Below are positions 26,836-39,175 of a stretch of 64,000 nt of DNA, in pieces. Source of the stretch: Narcine bancroftii (taxonomy: Eukaryota); contig NC_091480.1 of the NCBI RefSeq assembly GCF_036971445.1, forward strand, positions 85,684,001-85,748,000, written 5' to 3'. The translations under genes were made by a program, and so were the position numbers. The first letter of the stretch is position 1, and each line of letters opens with the position of its first letter. The notes beneath the pieces were generated by a model. The model ran no database searches. It saw only the letters and a program-made list of their open reading frames with translations, and had not been told where the DNA came from.

Positions 26836-29346
26836 TTACAAAATAAATAAACATAATGCAAGAAAAAGTCAAAGTACTGCAGTGTGTGTGGTTCATTCTC
26901 CATTCAGGAATCTGATGGCAAAGGGGAAGAAGCTGTCCTCATGCTGCTGAGTGCTCGACTTCAGGCTCCTGTTTTCCCGATGGTAGCAGGGTGAGAAGGG
27001 TATGGCCTGGGTGATGGGGTTCCTTGAGGATAGAAGCTGTTTACTTAAGACACTGCCTCTTGTAGATGTTCTCAATGGAGTGAAATCAGATGCCTGTGAT
27101 GTCACAGGTTGAGTTAACAACCTTCTGAAGTTTTTTTTCCTGATCTGAATGTTGGTGCCTCTGTACTAGACAGGGATACAACCAGCCAGAATGCGCTCCA
27201 CGGTTCATCAGTAGAAGGTTTTGAGAGTCTTTGGTGACATAGAGAAACTCCTCAAAAAGTGTAGCTGCTACTGGGCATTGTTCATGATTGTAGTAGCAAT
27301 CTTGTTTTGCATATTACCTGTTTATTACATCAGTAATATTTGTCTTTACCACGTTGCTGTGGCCTCCAACAACAAACCTACTGCAGTTTGAGAAATGCTG
27401 TTCACTTTTTGATGTCCTTGTATGGGTGTTGTGTGTTCTTCTCAGACAGTCCCTCAGGTGATGGCTCCACTCTACCTTCAAGGGTGCTGGGATGGCTGAT
27501 GAGGACAAAGTGGGAACTGCAGACTGCCACATATGGGACAAGGGATGGCTCTCTGATAAGATGGCCAGTTAGTGAAGAGGTTGGCCTCAAATTGCCTCTC
27601 TGATGAGGTGGGTAGTTAGTGAAAGGGTTGGCCTCAAATTTCTCAATTCCATGTTGATTGTTCGTTCTCTACTTTTAAAGGTTATGGATAATAAGTTCCC
27701 AGAATGTTGCATTTCTCCAAAAAGACTTTGACTCACATCCTTGAATATTTTGTCCATTGAGTAATCTCCTCCAGTGACATGTTGCCGATGCCTGGTGTTG
27801 TGCAGGCAGGCAATGTAATTTTCCTAATATGGTGACTGAGTGTAACTAGGCTCTCAGTGCTGGAGATGTAGGCTTAAGGGGGAAAGAACGCTGATGTTGC
27901 CAAGCACATCTTGGGCATCATCTGTAAGGAAGGACATTCAGAGATTGGAAGAAATACAGCTCAGATTGTCCAGAATTTCTGAGTTCCAAAGGCAGGATTA
28001 TGAACAATTACCTAGGTTTCATCTTGTGGGAGAGACGTATACAAAGGATCTTTACTGTATTTTCTTGTATAGAAGACCATTTAGTCCTTCCTATCAATGT
28101 TGTTGGAGTACCTCCATCAATCCCACTTATTTCCGTGCAACATATTCCTGACCCTCCCACTAGCCACCTGGGTGATAGATAATTTACTGTAGCCAGTTAT
28201 ACAAATTACCTTTGATGGAAGGCAGGAATGACCATCTCTGAGGCAGAAGCAAAGCGAGTTGTGTCAAAGTTGGAGAATTCAATACTGAATCTTTTAATTA
28301 AAAATAAAATCATAACACCTCAGGCCACGAAGTATTCAGCAGGTTGACCAGCATCTGTGGAGGCAGGTCCATGTCCAAGATGGAGGCCCTGCATCAGGAC
28401 TGAGAGCTTTCCGTCTACACTTGCAGGGTCTCCACCTCATAGGTGGTCCATCCCTTTGCTTCCACAGAAGGGTGCTCCTCCTCGTGTTCCTCCAGGTTTG
28501 AATCAGAATTTATTGTCATGAACATGTCATGAAATTTGTTGGTTGTGGAAGCATCACAATGCAAACATTGCTATAAATTACATTTCAAAAATAAATGAAG
28601 AAAATAGGCAAAAGTGCGGTAGTGTCCGTGGTTCATTGTCCATTTGGAAATTTGGAGGGGAAGAAGCTGTCCTTGTGCCACTGGGTGGTCGTTTTGTCCT
28701 TGTGCCACTGGGTGGTCGTTTTCAGGCTCCTGTACCTTTTCCTCAGCAGTGTGAAGAGGGCATGGCCTGGGTAGTGGGGATCCTCGATGATAGAGGCTGC
28801 TTTCTTAAGGCACCGCCTCTCTTGTCGATATCCTTGATGGAGTGAAGATTGATGGCCATGATTTCACAGGCTGAGTTAACAACTCTCTGTAGCCTGTTCC
28901 TGACTTTACATTGGCACCTCCATATCAGTCAGTAATGCAACAAAATAGAATGTTCTCCACAGAAATATTTTGTAGTCTTGGTTACGTTCAGAATCTCCTC
29001 AAACTCCTCACAAAGTATAGCTGGTGGTGAGCATTCTTCGTGATTGTATCGACATGGAGGCCCCAGGACAGATCCTCAGAGATGTTGACATCCAGGAATT
29101 GACCCTCTCCAGTGCTGGCTCCTTGATGAGGACTGATTCATGTTCTCCTGATTCCCTCTTGAAGTTGACAATCTGCTCCTTAGTTTTGCTAACATTGAGA
29201 GGAAGGTCGTTGTGACACCACTCAACGAGCTGATCTATCATCCTCCTGTACGCTTCCTCATTGCCATCTGTGATTCTGCCAACAACCGTGGTGTCATTGA
29301 CAAATTTGTAGACAGCATTTGAATTGTATCTAGTTACAGTGTGGAA

Positions 29347-29716
29347 CAGTGGTTTTTAAACTGTCCCCTAAACTCACATACCGCTTTAATAATCCCTATG
29401 CCGAAGTGCTGTGTGTTTAGCAAGGGATTGCTTAAGGTGATATGTGAGTGGGAAAGGAAGGTTGTGAATCACTGCTGTAGACCCAATTGTGACTGAAATA
29501 TTTTGCTTGAGAAAAATTGTCATTAGCCCATTTCCTTTGGAGCTATGAAACCGTGCACATAACAAGTCAATTAGGTACGATAAAAACAGTGGTTTTTATA
29601 CTTTTTCTTTCCACTTGTCTACCACCTTAAGCAATCTCTTACTAAACACAGAGCAGCAATGGCATAGGGATTGCTTAAGGTGGAATGTGAGTTTAAGGGT
29701 GCACCAAAATCTGCTG
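29347..29716. mobile_element. Composite hAT-like MITE, second copy, inside a Rex1-like LINE
   Basis: Shared core CCCAATTG..ACTGAAATATTTTGCTTGAGAAAAATTGTCATT...GAAACCGTGCACATAA with both flanking hairpin units. Confidence 0.75.
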
Positions 29717-29917
29717 GTCTAGAGTGAGTAGAGCAGTGGGCTAAGCACGCATCCTTGCAGTGCACCTGTGTAAATCATCAGTGAGGAGGCTTCTTACTGA
29801 ATGTGGTCTTCCAATGAGGAAGTCAAGGATCCAGTTGCAGAGGGTTGGGGGTGCCCAAGTTCAGGAGATTGTTGGCTAGCACTGAGGGAATGATGGTGTT
29901 GAAGGCCGAGTTGTGGT

Positions 29918-30040
29918 CAGGGGCGCAGTGCTGCAGGAGCTCACCGGAGTGCTACTCCGGCACCTCGTGGGGCTGTTCCGGCACCTCCTTGATGCTGTTT
30001 TTGGTGAGCTCCAGCACTAAGAAAAACTAGTGCACCACTG
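29918..30040. mobile_element. Short hAT-like MITE
   Basis: CAGGGGCGCA...TGCACCACTG TIRs; 8-bp TSD GTTGTGGT/GTTGTTGT. Confidence 0.65.
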
Positions 30041-31425
30041 GTTGTTGTCAGTTAAGAGCAGCGGATGTATGTTTTGCTATTTCTAAGTGATCCAGAGCTG
30101 AGTGGAGAGCCAGTGATTATGGTGTCTCCTATGGAGTGATTGTGATGGTAGGAGAATTGCAGTAGGTCCAGATCTTTCTCTTTTGCTCCAGATTATAGTT
30201 TCAGCGGTGTCTCCATTCTGAATCTCCCTTTGCAGGTCTATCCATGTCCCAAAGGCAAATTTTGAGGGGGAAAAAAAATCTCAGATGACAGTCTGGTTGA
30301 AAGCAGTAGTAGAAATTGGGATCAATTTCGCATTGAAATCATCCAAGTGCTTTTTCCAGTGATGGGGGAAAGACTAAAAGCATTTGAAGAGGTTGGTGTT
30401 TTTTTTTTTAAAGACACACACCCTTCCACCCACAAGCCTGTGCTGCCCAATTACACCCAACCCCCCATACGTTTTGATGGGTGGGAGGAAACTGGAGCAC
30501 CCGGAGGAAATCCGCACAGACACGGGAAGTACATACAAACACCTTGTATGACCCAGAATCGAACCTGGGTCGCTGGCATGGTAACAGCGTTGCGCTGACC
30601 GTGCCACCCCACAGAATTGTTGCTTGTATCCCAAGAGTTCCTAATGTGATATTCCTATTTGTATGTTGTTCTGAACATTGTGTATCTAAGCAGACCCAAG
30701 ATGTATTCTCCCAGATTCGGCTCCATTAGAACAGAACTGACAAGCAACTCATTTTAAACTACCGGATCAAGATTCAGTGCACAATCGAACCAAGCAACCA
30801 GTACTAGGTTTTGTGAATTAGTACATTGATGCATGCATGGCTCAAGAGCTTTGAATAACAACTTTGAACATGACCCACTTTAGATAAAAGCAAGTATTGT
30901 ATTATTTATTCAGACTTGTGTGGCTAAACTGATCTTGAGGATGGTCTGCAACAACCTTTCTCATCACATTAATCCTTGTGGTACAGGGAATATAATATGG
31001 CTTGGTGTTCCAGTAAAGCACTGACTGACAAGTTCCATCAACCGATAAGTGCAGTACATTTAACTTTTGTGTGTATATCCTTACAAAGTGGCACCTTTAG
31101 TTCAGTGTGACAACCTCCTGGGGCATGGGTTCGTGTTATAGTCCAGAATCCTGGGTACCTATTTTCAGAGTTTTGTTGAAAGAATCCTCCACTGTATTTT
31201 GAATGATATGTTAAAGATGGTAATGGTAAAGGTTCCATTATTGTCACGTAATATTACATTTACAAGGTAACACACATGGCAAGAGCCCCTCACAGAAACC
31301 TACAGCACCTGGTGTTCCTAGGCAGTCACCAGGAGTTCTCTTTTTAGTGTCTATGTTGCTTGATATCCGCTGAAGTGATTCTGCACAGTTGTTCTTGGGT
31401 ATTATGGCCTTGGAAACTTTGTTCC

Positions 31426-31667
31426 TGTCGTGCACTACCAATAACCACCAAGAGTAGGCTGAGGGAACGAAAGGCTTTAATGTACAGAAGAACCTTGCTG
31501 GCCTGGATCCAGGTATTGGAATGCAGGGAAGAGAGAGGTGGCTCGACCTTTATGGCCCAGAACTACGAGGGAGAAGTCATAGGGTATGAGTCATGAGTGG
31601 GCGGGCCAGGTCCATATATACAGTAGCCAATCATAACTATATACAATGGAGGAAATTTATCACCGCA
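31426..31667 (-). mobile_element. Solo LTR, family C
   Basis: TGTCGTG...CACCGCA; perfect TSD GTTCC; CCAAT-type and ATTAAA motifs. Confidence 0.75.
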
Positions 31668-32871
31668 GTTCCATTCAAAGTTAGATACATTGTACTGGAC
31701 TTGTATGATTGAACTTGCTTTCCCAGCCCACTGAACACCCCTCGCACCCTCCCCCCACCTCTCCTCAGCAGGCCAATCTCACTCTCCACACTTAGGAACT
31801 GCTGGTGGTGTGGCAAGGCCTTGCCAATGTGTAACCTTTGTGTGGTGCTTGGCCTGGGTTCTTTCTGCCTCTTGAAACCCTTTGCTAGGAGGCAAAGCTG
31901 ATTGTAGAGCCTGTTTTCTTTCAAATGCAGAACTGCAATAAGTTTAATTATTTAAAAATATTTCAAAGAAGTTAAAACTAAAAGCCGAACCAGTAATTAA
32001 AACCTCTTTAAGCTCTAAGAAATTACTATTAAACATGTGTGCAGGAATGGGTGATTTGACTTGCTTTTGAAGTTGAATGTCATGGAAGCAAGATTTTCAC
32101 TGCACTCTGTGCTGACTATCTAGCACCCATTTACACTAACTCCATTCTCCCTATCTTTTTGCCAACTCCTCCTATATTCTGCCAGTGGCCTACAATAAAT
32201 CTACCAACCCAGATGTGTGGGATGTGGGAGGAAACCAGAGAACGTGGAGGAAACCCACATAGTCACAGGATGTGTGTACGGAGATCAGGATTGAACCCAG
32301 GTGTTGGAGCTTAGAGGTGGCAGCTCTATCCTCCTGTCCATACTTGGAACCTGCATTTAAATCGATTCTTCCAAGGCAGTTCCTTGAAATTGAGGATATT
32401 TTCCTTCTACACCAGTTGTGCTTTCACACCAAGATCTCAGTAAATTGACATGTCAATATTTAAAGCCAGGTCAGATCGGAGTATTCACATGGAACCAAGA
32501 AAAGCCAATTCAGTGCGACATTTACACTGGAGCCAATGCGAAATGCATCAGCTCTGATACTACCTACCTTGGCAGGTAAATACTGTGATGAAAATGACCC
32601 CCCCCAACCCAATACCATGTTGGTCCTGTTCATACAGGTGTAAAATGGTAAAAAGGTGATTAAAGACCAGCTTTTAGGGGCGTGTGATGAGTTTCTGAAG
32701 TGGACCCAAGTGGGGTCCATAAACATTGCAGATAGGTTTGAAATGTTTGTTCCTTTCAACATGTGCAAACAAGCCACCAGTTCCCGAGGTTGTAGAGACT
32801 CTGGATCTCGAGCCTTCCTAGATGTAAATTGTCTATTATTTTCTATATAAATGATCTTTGGAGAAATTGCA

Positions 32872-33323
32872 TGCATTTAAAAAAAAAAATTAGCCCTATT
32901 CTTCATTTTGTGCAAGGCATTGCTTATTACAATTTAAGGTGGTACATAGAACACACATGCCCAAACTTGGCTCGTTTTTATGGAGATATTGATCCATTAT
33001 GTGAGAAATGTAGAATGTTTGAAGCTTCACTGATGCATATGTTTTGAGAGTGCCCTAATTTAAAGAGATTTTGGGAAGACATTTTTCAAATTTTATTAAT
33101 GACTTTTAAGATTAATATAGAACCTCGTCCGTTAATTGCTTTGTTTGGTTTTTCACGTAAGCCAGATCTACTTCTGTCTGCATCTCAGGAGAAAGTTTTT
33201 GCCTTGAAATTGTCTATCGTTTTTTGTTCTTTTTGTACTTGCATATGAGATGGCTTGTTATGTTTTCCTTAAAATTTTATATGTAAGTTTACATGTTAAA
33301 CAATAAAAATATTTAAAAGAGAA
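32872..33323 (+). mobile_element. L1-like LINE 3' fragment
   Basis: DPLCEKCRMFEASLMHMF*ECP..FW (ORF2 CCHC knuckle); AATAAA plus A-rich tail; possible TSD AAATTGCA. Confidence 0.7.
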
Positions 33324-34962
33324 AAATTGCAGCACTGAATTTGATAGGAGGTGAAGCTCCATGATCAGTTTTGTCATTTCTACTGTCAGTATTTGTGGCC
33401 CGGGTATTTTCACAAGTAGATGAACTCTGGAAAATGTCCCTAATATGATCTCTCCATCATAGCATGGATGTTTCCCATGGTAGAGGACAAGGCATAAATT
33501 CAGGATTAAAGGACGCAATTTAAAACAGAGATGCTGAAATTTTTTTTAGTCTGAGTGTTGAGAGTCCATGGAACTTGTTACCACAGGGGGCTTTGGAAAT
33601 GTGGTTTGTTGGTTCTATTTATAAGGAAGAAATTGACAGATATTTGATTAGTCGGGGCATCAAGGCTGAATGTGGCTGGATCAGCTCATGATTAGAACGG
33701 AGGAGCAAAAGATGGGCCGATGGACCTACTTGTTCTCTGATATCTTGTGATCCTCAATCTCTTCCCTTGACACAACTTGGGGGGAGGGTGTGCTATTGGG
33801 CAATCCAGTCTGTGTATGAGTACCAGTTGAGAGTGGACTGAGCTGCAATGTTGAGGTTGTTCGGTCTGGAGAAGATACTGATTAATTTTAAATTGATTAA
33901 TTTTTGCAGCGGCTGCACTGATAGTACTTTCTAGTTCTTAACCAGTGTCTGCTGTAGGTGGTCAATGAATCTGAGGTGTGGTTGCTTTGGTACAGAGCTG
34001 TTTTTTAGTAACTTGTAATGAAATAAACCTTGCTTGTCCAAATCCTTGTGTGTGGGAGCCATGCTTCCAAGAGTTATTAAGCCAAGCATGTGCACTAAAC
34101 ATACTCTGGGTGAGGTATGTTTTAGTATTTAGACTTTAACATGTTGACTTTAATAGCTTTAATTTGGCAGGATTGTTCATAGCTTTTCTTTGTTCTTGCA
34201 TTTGCTCCTTGGTGTCTCCCAACCCTAGTACATTTGATGTCACTGTGGATTTTACTGCTTTGAAGTTATGAGTCCAACTAAAACAAAAAGTAAACATTTC
34301 TGGAGTTTTACCAATGCACTTTCCAAATGAATTAGTTGGTACTCCTGGCAAGTTCTGCCTCCAATTTCCTCCCCCCACCAAAAAAAATCTGGTTATTTTC
34401 TGTATCCTCTTAGTCATTTAACCCATAGCATTAAATATTTGATCTTGATCTTAAAAGTGAATTTCAACTTCGATGCTAAAAAGAGTTTTGTTTGCCTCAT
34501 TGGTGTTCAATCATTTCTCACCATTACTCCTTGTTAGAGGGGAAGTTTCTACGTAGAACATTTCACAATTTTATCATCTACTGGTATCTTTAAAGACATT
34601 TGCAGAAGGTTCCCTGAGTCTGAACTTCAGTTTTTGGGGTGTTTCTCCTTTAAAGTGAGAGGGAATGTTTCTCATAACTGACATGTTTTATATACAGTAA
34701 AACCTCTGGTTTCTGGCACCAATGGGGATTGGTACAGAGCTGGTTTTTACAAGTGACTTGTAATGAAATAAACTTTGCTTGGCCAAACCCTTGTAAGTGA
34801 ATTTTCTACTTGCTTGAGGCTGCCAATTTTAAAATTTCATATTTTTTCCCCTATTTATTTTCCATGAATATTTTGCAGATTGCTTGAATTCCTATAACAG
34901 TAATATTGTGGGACAATGTTTTTGTATATAAATCTTTATTATATTTATTTATTGTATCTTAG

Positions 34963-35018
34963 CCTTCTACTAAGGTTCACTGATGGCACATTTGACTCTG
35001 AAATTGGCTCAACAATTG
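34963..35018 (+). CDS. RAB18: RAB18-like exon 2
   Basis: tcttAG...GTGAG; 56 bp; LLLRFTDGTFDSEIGSTI(G), switch I. Confidence 0.96.
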
Positions 35019-35108
35019 GTGAGTATTCATCTTTTTTTTAATGTATTCTATCAAACTGTCTATAATGAACATGCTTATTTACTTGTCTTATTCAATACTT
35101 TTTTTAAG

Positions 35109-35170
35109 GGGTTGACTTCAAAGTAAAAGCAATGAAATTTGATGGAAATAATGTAAAGCTTGCAATCTGG
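35109..35170 (+). CDS. RAB18: RAB18-like exon 3
   Basis: tttaAG...GTAAG; 62 bp; VDFKVKAMKFDGNNVKLAIW. Confidence 0.96.
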
Positions 35171-35254
35171 GTAAGTCAATTGAATAATTTATCTCCCCTT
35201 TCTAGATCTCTGCTTTCATCCCTGAAGATAAGCTACTTAGTGACGTTTGCCAAT

Positions 35255-35930
35255 AGAAAACCACTGACTCCCATTTGCACCTCCTCCCACTCTGTCCCCT
35301 GTAAAGATGCCATCCCATTCTCCCAGTTTCTCTGACTGGCATTGGTTCTCAAGATGAGGCCTGCTGATCTGGAACATCTGAAATATTCCCTTTTTTTCCC
35401 CTCTGGGAACGTCGTTTCCCTTATACTGTGGTCAAACGAGCCATCTCCTACAACTTTTTTTTTCTAGTTCCACTCTCACCTTGCATTCCTCGCAAGCAGA
35501 CCATGGATAAGGTTCTTCTTGTCAGCACTTCACCTTTTGTCATTTCCACCAGCAACAACTAGATCCCACCATCAGCCACATCCATCCCCTTCCCTACTCC
35601 TTTTCCCCTTCCCTACTCCTTTTCCCCTTCCCTACTCCTTTTCCCCTTCCCTACTCCTTTTCCCCTTCCCTACTCCTTTTCCCCTTCCCTACTCCTTTTC
35701 ACCTTCCACAAATAATTGCACCCTCTGTGACTTCCTACTTCTCTGTGAACCCTGGTACTTTCTCCGGCAACCATAGCAGATGCAACTCTTGCTCTTGTAC
35801 CCTTTCCACCATCCATAGACTGAAATCGCCCTGCCACACGAGGGCATGAACCTCCTCTAACCTCGTCTACTACATTCTGTGCTCCTGACGTGGCCTTTTC
35901 CTTCGTCGGTGATACCAAACATAGACTTGG
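35255..35930 (+). mobile_element. Penelope-like retroelement fragment
   Basis: SSHSVPCKDAIPFSQFL resembles the Penelope RT C-terminal SSHP..CK.SIPFSQFLR motif. Confidence 0.65.
35586..35699 (+). repeat. 19-bp pyrimidine-rich tandem repeat (CCCCTTCCCTACTCCTTTT)x6
   Basis: Read directly; embedded in a Penelope-like fragment. Confidence 0.9.
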
Positions 35931-36309
35931 ATTTTTTTTCCAGTTCAATTTATTTACATACATGACGTCGTGGTTAGCTTGGTGGTTGGCGCAGCGCTGT
36001 TGCAGCACCAGCGATCAGGGTTTGAATTCAGCGCTCTCTGTAAGGAGTTTGCACGTTTTCCCTGTGTTTGCATTGGTTTCCTCTGGGTGCTCTGGTTTCC
36101 TCCCACCATTCAAAATTATCTGCCTGCTTCCCATAACCCTTAATATTCAAAAATGTGGTGGGGGTGGTATAAAAAAAGAGGCAAGAAACCTACCGGGGTT
36201 GTAGGTCAATTGGGAGTAATTGAGTAGCATGAGCTCATGACTGAAAGGGCCCTGTTATCATGGTATATGTTGAAATTTAATTAATTAAAATTTAAATTGA
36301 AAAAAATTA

Positions 36310-36850
36310 ATGACATCACCTACAACCCTGAACATGGTGGTCCGAGCAGTGAGAACAGAACATGTCCTGGCTGGTGTGGATCCTTGACGATTGCTGCTGC
36401 TCTCGACAGTAGTATTACATATAGATTTTTTCATTGGTGGGAAGAGTTTTGCCTGCTGGGTCCACTATCATTTGCAGGGCTTTCTGCTCAGAGGTATTGG
36501 TGCCCCCATATCAGGTGGCGACGCAGCCAGTCAGCACACTTTCCACTACACGTCTATTGAGGTTTTGCAAGGGTCTTGAAACCATGCCAAACCTCCACAA
36601 ATTCCCGAGGAAGTAGCAGTGCTGACGTGCTTTCTTTGCGGCGACATTCGTATGTAAAGGAAAGGTGACTTCCGGGAATTTTAATTTGCTCACCGTCTTC
36701 ACTTCTGATCCTTTTAATGATCACTGAGTCATGCACTGCTGGTTTTCCCTTCCTAAGATCTAAAATCATCTCCTTAGTTTTAACGACATTGAGTGTGAAT
36801 TTGTTAGTGCACCAGTCAGCTAAGTTTTCAATCTCCCTCCTGTATGTTGA
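36310..36850 (-). mobile_element. Rex1-like LINE fragment
   Basis: YRREIENLADWCTNKFTLNVVKTKEMILDLRK; KKARQHCYFL. Confidence 0.75.
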
Positions 36851-37658
36851 CTCTTTGCTCTTTCTTTTTGATACCACCCCCACCACATTTTTGAATAGAA
36901 GCAGGCAGATAATTAGAGCTGAGTCCACAGCCAGGTCATTATCTAAATGAACAGCCGAGTAGGCTTATCAGGCCGATGACTTGGTCCTGCTCCTCTTGTG
37001 TTCTCATAAAGGCTATAAATGATGTTGCTATTTTTGTCTGGTACTTGTGCAATAGACAGCCTCTCCAGCAATGCATTAGGTCCAGAAATACTTTCCAGGA
37101 ATATACAATCAATCCATATTTTGTGACTGATTATAAGTACAACATTCTTATTAACTTGTTTCAGGAAAGATTAAAGTGGGGGGAAAAATGGATAAATAAG
37201 ACAAATGCTATTATCTATTGTTTTGAGGATGCAAATAAAGCAATTTTCTGGCAGTTTACGCTTCACTCAAGTTTGCAAGGTTCCTTTGTTACGCAGTTTT
37301 CCACGTTTCCATCAGTCCTTCTTCAATACTATTTCCTTTATTGCTTCTGTTTTGTGTTGCCTTGATGTTCAGAAAATGTGAAAGGTCCCATTATTCTTGT
37401 GCTGAATCTCCAGCTAATCTTACAGCTGCGCTTGCCTACGCTGGAACCTGTAGGATTGGGCGTATCGTAGGCCTGCACTCTCTGGACTGACCACAAAGCA
37501 GAGCGAACCGCTCAATGGAACCTGAAGCTCTATCTCTACTACCCTGAAGTCCTTTGACCCGCTTGCCATTTTACAAAAATGTATCTTTCATTATTTTCAC
37601 TGCCTTTGATGTTTGTAAATCATTTCAGTCTTCATTGTAGATTTTTCTGAATTAACAG

Positions 37659-37731
37659 GACACAGCTGGGCAGGAGCGATTTCGGACATTAACACCCAGC
37701 TACTACAGAGGCGCTCAAGGTGTTATTTTGG
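37659..37731 (+). CDS. RAB18: RAB18-like exon 4
   Basis: aacAG...GTAAG; 73 bp; [24 protein letters not shown] (G3 motif and RAB18-type [13 protein letters not shown]). Confidence 0.97.
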
Positions 37732-37768
37732 GTAAGGAAGGGCAAAGCAGTTTTTGGGGAGTTGGGTA

Positions 37769-37976
37769 CAGATACTCCCTGACTTGCATCCGAGTTCCAT
37801 TCTGACCACCCGGCCTCATCTCGAAAAGAATGTCTCGGAGTTATGTTAGAATGTCATCTCCTTTGGCGAGCTTACTGCGCTTGCGTCACTATCGTACACA
37901 TGCAGCCATTAATTTTTTTTCAGTCGTATGTACGACTGATCGCAAGTCACGTAGGTCGTAAGTCGGGGAGTATCTG
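37769..37976. mobile_element. Tigger-like MITE just downstream of RAB18 exon 4
   Basis: TA|CAGATACTCCCTGACTT...AAGTCGGGGAGTATCTG|TA. Confidence 0.7.
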
Positions 37977-38871
37977 TATTGCTTCGTTCATCCTGTCTTG
38001 AGGAAATTTTAGGAAAATTGTATTTCCTGATGTTGATTTTAACGAAGAAAATTTGAACTAAATTCCTTTGAAAAGCAAAAAAAAAATTGCAGGTACTGGA
38101 AGCCTGAAGTAAAAATAGAAAATGTGGGCAATACTTAACAGGTCAGTCAGCCTCTGTGGAAAGAGAAATGGAGTCAATGACCTTTCATTAGAATAAAAAG
38201 TGGAATCCTCTAAATTGGTGAGATTAACCACAGAGAAAACACCGAGGTCTGCAAATGCTGTGATTGTGGTTTTAAAAAAAGAGCACAGTGAATACTGCAG
38301 GAACACAATTGGTCTCGCGGTGTCCATAGGAGGTAAAGATGTATTACTGATGTTTCAGGCTTGAAATATCGGTAATATAGCTTTACCTCCTATAGATGCT
38401 GCGAGACCAGTTGAGTTCCTCCAGTATTTGAGTGATTTTACCAAAATCAAGCACCGGCTGTCTGCAGTGGTCATCAAGCCTTCCCGGTTGCATGCATTTC
38501 TGGATCCCCTTCCCATTTTCATGTTGACCATTCTGCCCTCTGCATTCTCCAATGCTGGCATAAGACCCAATACACAGTAGAAGAGAACCACACTTATGAT
38601 CCAATATATGAGCACTGAATTTTCTAGTTTCAGGTAATCCATACCTGCTGTATTTTCCCTTGGTCACTCCATCTGATCCACTTCCAATTTATTATCTTTC
38701 CCATACTCTCTGCCAACTCATTTATTTTTTGTCTCCATCCCTCCCCTAGTTCCATCCATCCACTACCCATGTGTTTCACCCACTAAGCCTCATTTGAAAA
38801 CTTGTTTAAATTAAGCAGACCATCAGACTTGGCTTTTTCTTTTAGAGGGTTATGTTTTTTTTTAAAAACAG

Positions 38872-38990
38872 TGTATGATGTCACAAGGCGGGATACATTT
38901 TTGAAGCTTGAGAACTGGCTGAATGAATTGGATACGTACAGCACAAAACATGGCATCGTAAAGATGTTGGTTGGGAATAAAATTGACAAG
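38872..38990 (+). CDS. RAB18: RAB18-like exon 5
   Basis: acAG...GTAAG; 119 bp; [39 protein letters not shown] (NKxD motif). Confidence 0.97.
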
Positions 38991-39175
38991 GTAAGGAAAT
39001 TGATGCTTTGTATTTTGATATTTTAGGTTTCTTGTGTAAATGGCCCTGTTTTATCTGTACTGCTAAAAGAGTTGACAATGGGAGTGCAATAAATTAATTT
39101 GTGTGGAGACTGCAGAAAAATGTGATGTTTTGAGAAACTATCAATCAGACTGGTGCAAAGCAAGTCATAATTTTT

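Larger units (their letters stand above)
28495..30170 (-). mobile_element. Rex1-like LINE fragment interrupted by two MITEs
   Basis: WCHNDLPLNVSKTKEQIVNF motif on the minus strand; 3' tail near 28500. Confidence 0.7.

Noticed and set aside
28668-28722. Short tandem duplications (27 bp x2 here; 16 bp x3 near 59623-59670)
   Set aside because: Ordinary slippage duplications with no sign of function.
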